From Girardia tigrina (taxonomy: Eukaryota): DNA of 55,940 nt. The notes beneath the pieces are model-generated. The model was not told where the DNA came from, ran no database searches, and was given only the letters and a program-made list of their open reading frames with translations. The DNA is taken from contig MQRK01215477.1 in assembly GCA_001938485.1 (NCBI GenBank), positions 1 through 55,940 of the forward strand, read 5' to 3'. Numbering within the stretch: the first letter of the stretch is position 1; each line of letters opens with the position of its first letter. Positions 37,357 to 50,843 of this stretch are shown piece after piece. Made by a program: the position numbers and the translations under genes.

Positions 37357-39399
37357 NNNNNNNNNNNNNNNNNAAAGATAATCACAGCGCGAACAAATGT
37401 TACTTACAACAAACTCATAGTTGAACTGGAGTGTTTCAAGTATATCAGAATATCATACAAAAAATTTAAGATTTTCGAATAGTCTCGACCTCGGCAGCCA
37501 GTATTTTTAATCCAGTATATTCCAACGAAAACTACTGCGTTCGGAAGTCACATAAACGTGATGCAGGTGTCAAAGTTTTAAGATTATTTGAATAGTTTTC
37601 TTCTGGTATGAACAGACCAGATTTCAAAAAAGATTTGATATAATTTCTTTACGAAGAATAGAATACAATTGTAAAATAGTATGTACAATTTATGCGATAG
37701 GTAATAATATGTGTTTATTTTTAGCAATCATTTATTAATAAAATATAAAATTTTAAATTGTGTTCAGTGATTATTTTTTCCTGTTTTTATCTAAATACCA
37801 GAAAGTAAATGGACCTCGTCACTTTTCTTGAAAACCCGAATCTGTTGATTAAAATCATTGAAGCACCAATAATTATCTATTCTTTATCCGAAATTTGTTC
37901 ACCCGTTTACGTAAGCGATGCAGCAAATGTCACCCCTAGATGCAGCTATAGCAGCAAATTGAGCGTTACAGAACCGGAATCTTTTTTTCTCGATTTTCCA
38001 TAAACAAATTGCTTAGAGGTAAAAATATTTTTCTACATTTGTTTGCATATTTGAAAAGCAAAATATCTAGATTAAGCATTTACACACTCTTTCTTGTCGT
38101 TTTCTCCCTTCTGAGGAAATGTATTTGTTCCTTCACAAATCTATCTTTTACTCTCCCTGTACACGGCCCTCATTATCTTTTCTTATTTACAGTGTTTCAT
38201 TTAACAAATAATTTCTTTTTTGCAAATGAAATGTATTTTTAGGTATAAAATCAGTTACAAAAATAATTCACTTTCATCCTTAAATTTTGTAAAAATAGCG
38301 AAATTTCTTCAAATTGTAAATTCATGATTTGGTAAAAAAGTTTCAGTTTCTAAATAAATAATATTTTGTAAAAGTGATAAAAGAGTAAAGTTGTGTTAAG
38401 AATAAAGCTATATAAACAACGAACAAAATATGTTGTCTAAAAAATATTTTTATTGCAGTTTTTTATGATTAAAAAAACAAATTTTATGAGGATATATTTC
38501 TGTGTCATTGACAAGAGTTGAAACGGACCGTGACGATTTGTAGACAGGTGGATAATTAGAGACGCTAGTGCTCGGAAATTCCTCCAGTTATGATTAATTA
38601 TAATAAATTTATAAAAAATTCTGAATCATACTTTAAACACTTTTTGCTAAAGTCACTTAACTAAAATTAGGTTCTATTGTCTGAGATATTTTGTCGAATT
38701 GATGACGTCAACACAAATATATACAGTGCAAATAATCTGAATGATGTCTAGGAAAATGTCTTGCATTCATCTATTCTTGTATAGTGACAGCAAAACTGGC
38801 TGTCTATTTATTATTCATCTAACGAGACTGCTGATGCAAGTGCTTGATGGCAGTTCTTCTGTCTTACAGATTCCGCGATTCGCCAAACTAGACGTGACAT
38901 TCCTGCCTTCGTTTTGTTTCTTGGCAAACGGACATCAATATTATTCTTACTATTATTATAACGATATGTAACAATAACTACTATTTATTTAAACACTGTT
39001 TTTTAATTGATAGATGTAGTTTATAAAAAATGATTTTTAAAAATATAAAATACTTTAATCCAACATTTCAATTTTATTTATCTTAATTTTTCAATGAAGA
39101 AATTTATAAAAAATAACTACAATTTATTAAAATAAAATTTTATTTATAATACTTTTTAATCATTTAATCTACTGACTTATTACAATGTTGAGTAACATTT
39201 CTTGGCTACGGGCCATAAAATATTCAAGTAATAGGTTAAGGCAACAAAATTATTTTAATTTACATTTGTAAAACGAATTTAAATGTTTGAGACTGTTTTG
39301 GATTTATTTGTTTTAATTTAAGAAATTAGATTAATGTTTAGTTATAGTACATTTTGATATTATCTTTTATAACAGATTATATTTATTATTTTGTCATGG

Positions 39400-40050
39400 G
39401 GGGTTTGAGAACATTCGGCTCACAAGAGAAAATTCACACTAATCCTGCGTAAACTCTGAGCTTTTGCAACTTCATAATGAACTTCCGCAAATGTTAAGAA
39501 CGGTTTTCTTTCTCAATTGACTATAATTGAAAATCATTTAACAAACTATGATACTGGTGAATATTCTTGTCTTTTTCTTTAATGACCGATTCAGGCGAGT
39601 TCTGAATCTCCCTTAAACTTTGGATTTCTTCAGTGACAATCAGCATTATATCAGAATTTGAGAAATTATTATTATGTTCATTCATCCACGTTCGAATTGC
39701 AAACATTTTGTGTTCTGCAATAATAATTCCACTCACACTACGACCATGTTCTAGGACTCGTTTGCAGAGATGGGTGATGTGCAATGTCATATACATTGGA
39801 GAGACGCCACGTCATCTCTGTAAACGAGTCAAAGAACAAATTCGTAATGTGAGTGAAAGTAATATAGCAGAACACAGAAAATTTTGTCATTCGAACGAAA
39901 ATATTAACATAAATGATTTTAAAATTCTGTGTGTTCAATTTAAATAATTATTGAGAGAGTGGCCTGTGAAGCACTATATATCAGATCTTTAGATCCGAAG
40001 ATTAATGTGCAAACGGGTTTCTCGACAACCTTATTGAGTGTGTTTAGACG
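39400..40050 (+). mobile_element. Penelope-like element 3' remnant (GIY-YIG endonuclease) with an inverted internal segment
   Basis: CNVIYIGETPRHLCKRVKEQ...NIAEH...FKIL...ACEALYIRSLDPKINVQ. RT-thumb-like HNEL...KNGF near 39470-39510. Confidence 0.85.
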
Positions 40051-42050
40051 ACACAATTATTCATTAATTGCATAATCGTTGCTTATCTATATAAGCAGAT
40101 ATCCCATTTATCCGCCATAAAAACTCCTTTATGTTTTTAACAATATCCACAATCATAGCTTTATCTGCAATTTTCATAATTTCCATGGCTCTTTTGAATC
40201 TTTCCTCGTTTGTAACCTTACGTCCAAATTTGGCTTCTAAGTTACATACTTGATAAAATTGTTGGTTCACACCATTTTCTTTCTTTTTCCATTTTAATTC
40301 GATTCCACACGCTATCTGCAGTTCTATTCATCCTATTATGTCTGGTTTTACGTTATTTACTACAATGAACGTTATATTTCTCCGTTTTTCTTTAATTTCT
40401 ACGTCCACTGAAATTTTACCCATACAATCTAGTTGACTACTGTTCGCACAGTTTAATTTAATATCTGCCTTTTCTAATTTTACGTTTGTTAGTTTCTCAA
40501 AAATCTTTCTGTGGATCACATTTACTCTTGCACCTGTGTCTAATAAACAATCCTCCACGTTACCTTGTATCATCAACTTTACACTCGGCCGGCTTTGCAT
40601 TCTATCATACGAAATATTTTCTGCTTTCCATTCATCTATTGATAAAATCCTCATATTTTCTTCTGTGTTCTTTTCTTCAATTGTTCCCACTAAACTTCGT
40701 CCAAGCTTCTCTTCAAAAGTTTCTTTATAAATTTCCGTACTTTATCATTTGCTCTTTCTTCGCTTATCTCAACATTCCTTTTATCGTCTATAATATTTGA
40801 TATATTACTTCTACTATAAATACCAATACTTTGGGAGTCACTGGTATCCTTTAATTTATTGCCCCGACTGGCTCCACTTCTGTCGAGGCGTTGCCTTTTG
40901 GGTTTTCACTTCCTGTAACCGATTCTTCATATTCTTCTTCAATGTTATTCACGAATCTTCGATTATCTCCTCGTCTTCTGTCTTCTCTATCTCGATATCT
41001 TGGTTGATTGTATCCCGATCCTCGATAGTTATTGTCACCTGTATTTTGCTGTCTTCTTCTGCCATTTAGGTTTATATAACATTCACTTTCACTGTGACCT
41101 TTATCTTGACATCTTTTGCATTCGATGTTTGGACAGTTTCTTCTTACGTGTCTCTTGTTCACAGCCATAACATTTTATTGGTCTCCTTTCCGAACAGTTT
41201 CTTATCATGTGTCCTTCTTTTCCACATCCGAAACACTTGATTGGTTTTCTTTGTCTACACGTTTCACTTGTGTAACCTACTTTTTCACAATTTCTACATT
41301 AGACCGCTTTCATGCCTTGAGCGTATCCTGTAGTATTTCTACCAACTCCTTTCTGATTTTTTTCCATATTTACTGTCTCCTGTAACTGCTTCTCTGTAAC
41401 TCCGGGGTCTGTTTTGCATCCCCTGGTCTCTTACTACATTCACGTCTTCTGTCATACTTTTGACGTCATGTACTGCCTTTATATTTTCTTTTATCTTATC
41501 TATTCCTTTCACTCTGTTAAGTCTCACTTCCTTTTTTATGTCTACATCATCATAACAATGTAACAATAATGTTTCCATGAGGGCCTCTTTTGACAAATCA
41601 TGTTTCAAGATCTTGGTTGCCAGTTTTTCTACTTTCTCAAAAAACACTTCCGGTATATCTTCCTTCATCCTGTACCGGCATGCTTCAGCCAGGTCTTCGA
41701 ATAGTGAGGAAGTTCGAGAGAATGCCTTTCTCAATCGGTCTTTATAACCTACTATTGTCTTATCTACCGCTTTGTATCGATCTTTCAGATCTCTCTCCAT
41801 CAAACAAATGACTATTGTCTCTTGTTTGGCTTTCGCTATTCCTGCAAAATTAAAGAATATTTCACATTCTTCAATAAATGTCTCCACATTATCGCCTTTC
41901 TTGTACTTTTCAGGTAACAGTTGACCCGTGAAGAGATCCATTGCAGTGTTAGTCGCCATGTGAGAAGTGGTTGCAACATCAATATCAGAATTCATTGCTT
42001 TTAACACCAAAATTTATTCTGACGAGATACTAATTTAAATTAACCCCTCA
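40050..42050 (-). mobile_element. Ty3/gypsy 5' part: ~92 bp LTR, gag with CCHC knuckles, protease; 3' truncated
   Basis: Putative LTR TGAGGGG...AATAAA...CTTCTCACA (42050-41959), then PBS-like TGGCGAC. Gag PEKYKKGDNVETFIEECE. Knuckles CFGCGKEGHMIRNC and CKRCQDKGHSESEC. Protease LLDTGARVNVI...IIG. The LTR boundary is inferred from a single copy. Confidence 0.88.
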
Positions 42051-42877
42051 TAATGAGAATAAAAAATTTTATGAAAATTCGAAAATAAAATGTGAAAATA
42101 ATTTCAAAGAAATAAAAAAATATGCGAAAACAAAAAGACAATTGATTTATTTTATGATATTTGTGAGAAGTATTTGTAAAGTCAATATCAGAATTCATTT
42201 TAACTCAAATTATATCTTTATTATAAAATAACTTTCAAACAAATTTTCCAACTATTTCCTTAATTAATCCGCTGATCTTTATTTTCAAATAATTTTTCAT
42301 CAATTTATAATTTCAATCAAATCAAAAATAACATTAAACTTCTTAATTTTTAAATAAAAAATATTTATCAAAATGATTTTACATATATTTAATTTTTTTC
42401 AAAAAATATTTAATGTTTAAATTTGTTTTTTTACTTTTTATAATTTTGTTTTTCAACTGAAATCTTATGCTGTTTTTTTTAATTTTGCGTTGTTTTTTTA
42501 AAGACATTTTTAATATTTTATTATTTTAAAAATTTTGAAAATACGTTATATTTAATATTCAATCTTTTATTTTTTAAATATTTAATTTTTTAAAAATATC
42601 ATTAAATTAATTTAAAATTTGCAAATACATTTTTACAAATATTAATAAAATTTTTTAATCGGATTTAAATTGTTTTTAAAAATTCTGTTTTATCTGTTAT
42701 CTGTTTTGATCAACTTATTTTTCTATTAAAATAATATTTTAATTCAAAATAAATTTATAAAGAATGTTTTTAAATTCAAATCTAAAATACTTAATTAATT
42801 CTAATTAATTTTTAAAATTTTCAATTTGATTTTAATTCAAAATAATCTTTTTTAAAACTATTTAAATTTTGATCAGC

Positions 42878-43119
42878 GAACTAAATTAATTACCTCCTCA
42901 TAATATTAAAATGTTTTTTGTTTAAGTGTGTAGGGTCTTTAAAACAGTGTTTGAAACAAAATAAGAACATTTGTCAATACAAGAACAAAAAAGTTTTTAT
43001 CAGTTTCGATGTATTTCCTCGGTTTATGATATAAATAATATTGGGACTGACGAATTAATTAATTACCTCCTCATAATATTAAAATGTTATTTGTTCAAGT
43101 GTGTTGGGTCTTTAAAACA
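42878..43119. repeat. ~70 bp direct repeat pair (42878-42947 and 43051-43119)
   Basis: CGAAyTAAwTAATTACCTCCTCATAATATTAAAATGTT...GGGTCTTTAAAACAG occurs twice. Confidence 0.85.
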
Positions 43120-44107
43120 GAACGACAAACGACCCTCGTTAGAGCCACTAATTTTGGTTGCGAAACTAAAGAAAATTATTTATATGCCGTCATTCTTGTT
43201 GATTAACGGTATGGTAGAAAGTTCAGATTTATGGATTTCTAGTAGATTTTTTGAATTGAACATAAACAATTATGGAATAATAATGTTTGCCAGAGAACGT
43301 ATTTGACGATTTTAACGGAAAGGCACTCAAAGCGATCGATCTGGTACAGCCACATAAATAACATCCAGATTTAAAGTATGAGTAATTATCAAGATAGATT
43401 AGATATCGAACTAAAATACAGAATAGAATGCGAGGGACCTGTCACAGAAGAATTGTATGATACGTGTACATGGCCCCTTAATGAGTAAACAAGCTTAGTA
43501 AAATAAATCACGAATTATGATGCTTATATTAAATGAAGAGACATCGTCGATTCTCTTGCAACAAACTAAGAAAGAAATTAGAGAAATGCGTACTTAAGTA
43601 GAAAAAGATTTGGCTGTAAAACTCAGATATATTGGATTATAGAATATTAAGATCTGAATAGCAGAAGATTGTATCAGATTTCTCTATTAAATTTTCTTTT
43701 ACTCTGCAGTCATTAAGACTTATTTTTAGTAAGGGNNNNNNNNNNNNNNNNNNNNNNNNNNNNNNNNNNNNNNNNNNNNNNNNNNNNNNNNNNNNNNNNN
43801 NNNNNNNNNNNNNNNNNNNNNNNNNNNNNNNNNNNNNNNNNNNNNNNNNNNNNNNNNNNNNNNNNNNNNNNNNNNNNNNNNNNNNNNNNNNNNNNNNNNN
43901 NNNNNNNNNNNNNNNNNNNNNNNNNNNNNNNNNNNNNNNNNNNNNNNNNNNNNNNNNNNNNNNNNNNNNNNNNNNNNNNNNNNNNNNNNNNNNNNNNNNN
44001 NNNNNNNNNNNNNNNNNNNNNNNNNNNNNNNNNNNNNNNNNNNNNNNNNNNNNNNNNNNNNNNNNNNNNNNNNNNNNNNNNNNNNNNNNNNNNNNNNNNN
44101 NNNNNTG

Positions 44108-44161
<54 letters not shown>

Positions 44162-44900
44162 AAATTTATCGAAGAAGAGAAGTAGACAGAAAATATTTTC
44201 CAAGACCAATTACACACAGATGTGAATTTATAGAAAGTGTTTTGGTTTAAGTAAAAATTCATAATGGACAAAAAGGAACAGGTCGGTAGGAAAAGCTCAA
44301 TAAGATCATAAATAAATTACACAGTTATTGTGTAGAAATAAGGAATAAGACTGATCAAATAGTGTAGAAGAATGCAGAATTTCGAAACCTTTTAAAGAAG
44401 ACGGTATAATGATGATTAAATATAAATAAAAAAATTAAAATACATAATTCTATTGAATCAAAATCTATTCAAATCACTTTTATAAAAGTCCTGAAATGTT
44501 TTTCGAATTATAGTCACATTGTAATTAATAAATTATTGAAAATACTAATCAGGAATTCTCTTAATTCTGACAGTAATAATAAAAAATAATTAATTAAAAT
44601 TTGCTCTTATTATTTTTTCTGGTAATCAACGACAGGTTAATTGTGTCTGATCCACCATGGATCATGCTACTGTATCTTGAAGATTTATAAACAAGTGGAA
44701 ATATATAAACTTGATAATAAGTTATTTATTTAATAATTATATATAATTTTATTTATATTTTATTATATTGTCTAATGATAATAGTTTACTTTTTGTTGTA
44801 TTTTCTTGTCAAAGTTAATTAAGTATTATCCTTTATTTTGATTAACATATTTTAGAAATGTTTATAATTGCATATCATTGAAAGCGACTGACAGGTTACA

Positions 44901-45023
44901 ATGAACCTTGCGGCTAACTCTCCTCCTGTACCTCGTTTCGAAATAGATCGTAATGCTTTAACTAAACCTGTTGCTGTAAGAGGGACCCCAATTATTTGTA
45001 CTTTTTGTTCTGTAACTCCGGAA
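44901..45023 (+). CDS. Orphan gene, predicted coding exon 1
   Basis: ATG with an upstream in-frame stop. MNLAANSPPVPRFEIDRNALTKPVAVRGTPIICTFCSVTPE. Consensus phase-0 donor GAA|gtaagt. Confidence 0.55.
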
Positions 45024-46187
45024 GTAAGTTAAGAAATTTAATTGATGCATTGGTATTTTTATTATCAACTTATTTCAAATAATTACTTCAGTAATTTATT
45101 TTTTAAATATACAGTGTCGTCAAAAAGACCATAGGCTACGAAATTTAGGAATAAGACAGATAGTATTGTTTTATTTTAAATAACTTCGGTGGAAAGGCTA
45201 ATAAACAATATAATTTTTTAATATAGCTGTTATTAGGGATTAAAAATTATATTAATTTTTTGATATCTAAAATTAATTTTAAGAGGATTAAATAATAGCA
45301 TAAAAGTAAAACGTTTCATTATAACTAAAATTTAACAGTGATTTGTATGTATTAAGAGCACTGAAACAATTGTTATTAAAACATTTATTAGCATTACAAT
45401 TAGAGTAATCTCCGTGAAGACTCTCCTAAGGTCCTTCACCATTTTTCATCATTCTAATATTATTTTTGAATTTTTAATAACTATTATTCGAACAGAATTC
45501 CTCGTTTTTCAATAAAATTTATTATTTATTTAATTTAATATTTAGATATTGCGTTTTTAACTTGAAAATTATTTTATACTTAAATTTCCTTTAAAATTTA
45601 CAGTAAAAATATTACATTACAAAAATTACGTAGTTTATGTTTTAATTTATTTGAAAAATATTTCATTAAATTATAACAACAAATTAAAACTAATTGTAAA
45701 ATTAATTGAAACATCTAAAATGTATTTAATTAATATGTTAAATATGTTCTTTATCCTTAACTTATTACTTTTTAAATTTTATCGGATTGTTAGATTTTAA
45801 TTAATTTCATAAATGATAATTCTGTTTGAATGATAAGTTATCGCAAATACAATAAAACACAAGTTTTTAAACTTGGTTGGAGTATCACAATTATAATTTA
45901 AACACACCATATTATAATTTAAACACACAATTTAAAATATTCATTGTAGCATATAAATAATTTTCAATATTTAGAATAGATATTTTAAAACATTTTTAAA
46001 AAACCAGCAGTGAACATGAACAGTCGCAATCTTTGATCATTTTCAGCAACTTTATTTGTGTTGTAAATTATTTTTTTATTATATTTTTTGTTTTAAAAAT
46101 TTATTTAATTTTTTTAGTATAAAAGGTAACATTTTTTTTTAAAATAATATTTCAGTTAAATTTTATTTGTTAATATTTTATTTAATT

Positions 46188-46520
46188 TTATTTAAAGATA
46201 TTTAATATTAAGGATGCTTTACATTTCCCATGTTGGATATTAATCAATTGACTAAAGTGTTTCATTAGCAATGATTCATAATACGAATCTCTCATAATAT
46301 GAATCAAAATTCTTCTGAAGAATAGAAAATTCATCTTTTAAAATTGATGAAGTTCTATCTTTGCAACATCTACAGTGATCAAGAATTTTACTCTATCTAC
46401 TCGACTGTCAGTGTTCAATAATCTGTGTTTTCAGATAAAGATTTGTCTCTGTAATGTACGAGGTTTCACATTCATAACAATTAAATTTGTACACTAAATT
46501 GTCAGTTTTGAATTTCACTG
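46188..46520 (-). mobile_element. Penelope-like element 3' remnant (GIY-YIG), intronic
   Basis: NLVYKFNCYECETSYITETNLYLKTQIIEH...ILDHCRCC...EFSIL...YESLLMK....INIQ, with stops. Confidence 0.85.
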
Positions 46521-47244
46521 TAAGGTAATTTATTACTTTATGGACACTTTTAACATTACATTACTATTGGTTGTATGGCGTTTCAATCCATGTACATTTT
46601 CAACACCGAAAATTTCAACCCACGGCCCTTTCAATACATATTTCAATATAATTCAAATAATTAAAATATGAAAATTAATAAAATTATACAATATTATTGT
46701 TTAAAAATGTCTAACTTGTTAACTGAATGATAACTAATGTATAACTCAGGTAAAAATTTTTCTAGTCTATTAAAGTATTTTTCAAATGTTTAAATGATTA
46801 TGTTTGGAAAATAGGTGATTATTTTAAGTTTCTTTTATTTTCATTTAATTTATGATTAATTTCTTAATTTAACAATCACCATAAATTATTATTATGTTAA
46901 CTTGTCCTAGGACTGGCTACATCAAATTGGCTAAATTATAACTCAAATTGATGGTTTAATTAAAGACAAGAGTTGAGTTCAAAATAGAAATAGTTTAAAA
47001 TAGAAAAATGAATTCAAAATAAATAAAATTTTTAATTTTACGCAAACTGTAATTTGAAACTTTTGGCTCTGTTAAACGGGAAAAGATGGCATGGTTTGCC
47101 ATAGTATTCTATAGTGGTTGAAAATTTTATAAAATCTAAATGAAAATTTTGAAAAAAATCTATATAATTTGAAAAATCTATATGAAAATTTTAATTTTTT
47201 GAAATGTTTTTGAAATAATTGTAAACTAATGTAAATGATATTTA

Positions 47245-47735
47245 AATTCTTTCTTTTTGACCTTAACCGTTGGGCCGTGGGTGCACCCAATTATGCACAA
47301 GCCTTCGCCACATCTCTATTTGTTGCCTCTTTTCTCATACATTTCATGTTCAATCCCCTCCATTCTTTTAAATCGTCGGCTAATGTCTCTGGTCTTCCTC
47401 TTGGTCTTTCTCCTTTCACTCTTCCTTCAATCATAATCTTTGCAAGTGCTTGTTTTCTTATTTGATGTCCGTAGAATTTCAGCTTCCTTCTCTTGATGAT
47501 CTCTTCTACTGATTCTAGTCTTCTACTAGTATTTCTGTCACTTTCCTCCAGACAAAGTCGTTTGTCTTCTTTACTTTCCACGTGATGTTCAGCATTCTCA
47601 TGTATCACTTCATTTCAAACGCTTTAGGCCTGTCAATGCTCTTCTGATTTATTGTCCTACTCTCGCATCCATAGAGGAGTGTTACCCAAACAATAGCCTG
47701 AGCCATCTTTATTTTACTCTTGAGAGTTTTATACA
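47245..47735 (-). mobile_element. RTE-clade non-LTR retrotransposon, 5'-truncated 3' end
   Basis: LLYGCES...AFEM...IIKRRKLKFYGHQIR...IMIEGRVKGERPRGRP...DDLKEW. Confidence 0.88.
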
Positions 47736-48916
47736 TGAGTTGAATTAGTTCACTATTATTATTACAAATACTATTACACAACTATACAAAATAAGCTATA
47801 ACACTTGGTTATTTAAATAATTTAATGATTTTTAAATTATAAAATAATATTACTTAAATTTTTTTAATTCAATTAAATTTATTTGGATAATTATTGACTT
47901 TAATTATTTCAATATTCTTTCTAGATTAAAATTAAAATTCAGAAATTGACGTTAATTTAAATTGAGTGTTAGCGTAGCAGCTACTTCGAAAATAAAAATT
48001 AAAATAAATTTCAACTCAGTCGTTTGGTAATAAAAATTAATTTTGTTACATTGTACTTGTACTTCAATATAACTAGTTCGAGCATCTTTGGTTTATGAAT
48101 ACCTTCAATACGCAAAGAGCAAATGTGACGAGGTACTGTAACCTTACTAAATGTCCCTCGCGACCACTAATGAATATAAATGATGAAAAATACAATTCTT
48201 CAAATAGAAAAGAGGATTATGATATCTCTGAGAGGACTATTAAATTCTAAGTAAAGCTGCTCTCTTTTCTAGCAATGAGGCACATCAATATCTCATGAAA
48301 CAGTTATTGATTTCGTCTTATATTTCCCCTTGTAAGAGAATACAGAAGCAATCGTATATTTGTTTATTTTTCTGCAAATAATAATTTTCATTTGAGTTCC
48401 ATTTTTCACATATTAATCCTCTGAAAGATAATTTATCGCCTCGGGAGTATCATCGATCATCTTAGACGCAGTTGTGTCTGTCTGTTGTGATTATCCTCCG
48501 CAGAATAATTTGAGATTAGTAGAAGAGTCTTGATTGATTCTAATAACTGGTGGGGGGAACGATGCAGCCCGAGGAGGCATCGATTATTAGAAAATGAGTT
48601 TGCTGCTTCAGACTCGATGAATTAAGAATATTTAAGAAGCAATCTATCAGATACATCAGATGTGATGAATTAGGAGTTTCTGTGGAATCTTTGTGATCGC
48701 AGCTGAGATATAATTACAATAATGCGGAAACGAAACAAGCGATAATTCCGAACAAATACCGATATTTAATAAACTAATAATACGATCATTTTATATTAAA
48801 AACAATTATTATGTTTTAGATTAATTTTTTATTCCATGTAAATATTTTTATAATTAAATTTAAAGTATTTTTACATTTTAAATTTGAGGAATAATTATAA
48901 TTTGTCACTCTTTTTA

Positions 48917-49138
48917 TTGGGTTGACAAAAGTTCTTGCGCTTTTTGTAAATGTTATTTTTTTCAAATTTTAAACAAAAGTTTGAAAATTCAAATTTGTGC
49001 TTTAAGAAATGTTTCGTATTATCTAATTTATCTCGTCAATGTATGAGCTCTTGTTAATAAATAATGTTTTGTTTTTTGTTTAACTTGTTTTAAACTTTTT
49101 GTTTGACCAAAAAACGCAAGAATATTCTTACCACCCAA
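48917..49138. mobile_element. Mariner-derived MITE (~220 bp)
   Basis: TA|TTGGGTTGACAAAAGTTCTTGCGCTTTTTG, and an imperfect inverted CAAAAAACGCAAGAATATTCTTACCACCCAA. Confidence 0.55.
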
Positions 49139-49885
49139 ATTTATTATTCTTATTGTCATTTCATCGTTTCCTTTATCCATACAACTTTTAGTTCGTCAGT
49201 TGGCCATAACAATTCTACGCAATAACATCATAGATACAAATACATTTCCACTCATTTTAAAATTTAATTCTTCATTCCTATGAAGTAAGTCGTATCCATA
49301 CTATGCACACATGCACATACACCAAGTCAAGCATGGAGCGCTGCGCCTTAGACTTGTAGGCGAGACAATTGTATGCCAACAAGCATGTGCGCCAAGTCAA
49401 CAAATGAGGTTGAAGTTTGTTAGGCATTTAATGCAGCTTTGTTCTGGGAACGACCTCTTTTCATCACGTCTTCAAATGTGTTTTATTTTCGTACTCGTAA
49501 CAAAAATTTTAATCATGAAAAATTCTAGCAAATGAATCTAGTGCTATCGGTTTATACTTACATCATTCGCACAAATGTTCTAATAGCGGGAATGTTTTGG
49601 CAGTTCCTGAGTCTCTCCAGAGAACTGTCGTAATGGTCTTAGTGTTGGCCAATGTTTTTATTATTATGAAATCTTTTGCCCTCGTTCGATTCATATCTCA
49701 AAATTATTGTTCCACACCGAATCGTTTTAAAATAGTTCAAAAAAATTATTTTTCAAAATTCACAATCAACAAAATAATATCAATCTTTAAATCAATAATC
49801 GATTTTCGAAAACCATATAAATAATACACGATTTTTACTTTGTACCAGTGAAAGGTTGGATGTATCCTTATTTTATTCGATTTAG

Positions 49886-49998
49886 ATTAGAACTTTTAGT
49901 CCTAAATCTGTTGGAAACACAATTAAAACAGAGAATTCTGCCTTTAAACCGGTACAAAGCCCGATATTAAATGAACAGTCCGAGAGTCTTGACACCAA
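49886..49998 (+). CDS. Orphan gene, predicted coding exon 2
   Basis: Acceptor atttag|, phase 0. IRTFSPKSVGNTIKTENSAFKPVQSPILNEQSESLDT. Phase-2 donor AA|gttggc. Confidence 0.5.
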
Positions 49999-50046
49999 GT
50001 TGGCAATCTAGGAAATAGATTTATAATGTAATTGTATTAATCTTAG

Positions 50047-50317
50047 ATCTGCACAGTCGGGTAGAAAATTTACAAAAATGCGCAAATCTCACCACAGAGC
50101 TCGCAGTTTTATCACGGACTCCAGAATCACTGTTTCGTCGCCGCAGTTGGAGCAGAGTCATAATTCTTTACGATGTCATTTAATCGAAACAGAGACAGTC
50201 CAGCGTGCCAGAAGTTGCTTGTTCCTATTGTCGACGAGCTTCTACAATCAATCTGAAGGCAATTCCAGTTGTGATGATTATCCAGATCTCGATGTCGCGG
50301 AAATCGAAGTGAACTAG
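50047..50317 (+). CDS. Orphan gene, predicted last coding exon
   Basis: 48-nt intron 49999-50046 ends tcttag. The phase-compatible frame SAQSGRKFTKMRKSHHRARSF...DVAEIEVN* includes ORF 50078-50317. Confidence 0.55.
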
Positions 50318-50843
50318 CCATATATCGTTTCTTTGTGTGGATGTCTTTTTTTTATTTTTTCTTAGGCGATTTTCGATGTTCGGTGATATTTTATTTTTAA
50401 TCAGTAAAACGCTCTTTTCGTGTATTTTTCTTTTAATTTGGAATGGTATCCTGTAGTGCTGGGCGACACCCTGATTTTTGAGGTACACAATACTATTATT
50501 TTAATTTCATGTTACTGGGTTTATGTGATGGGAAATGGCATTATTCAGTATATGTACTAGACGAGTGCCTACTAGATTGTATTGTGTGCAACAATGTGTT
50601 GGCATGGTTATTTCGGCAGTCTTTAGGCAAGAGAGACGATGTTAAGGTTGGGGTTAAGAGCATGTAGCTTAACCTTGATGTGATGGCCCAATAAGTAATG
50701 ATTAAGTGACAAAGAGATAATCCGCCTAAAGTATCAACAACAACATTATGTGTATCTCAATATCTTTGAACTAATTGGGGCGTCATCGCGAGAAACTTCT
50801 TGAATTGTATTTTGAATTATAACAAATTTTTTATAAAAAAATT

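Noticed and set aside
48060-48760. Degenerate gag-like minus-strand frames (similar unassignable debris at 10780-11220, 20520-21050, 37370-38940, 43380-44400)
   Set aside because: Too decayed to assign a family without a database search.
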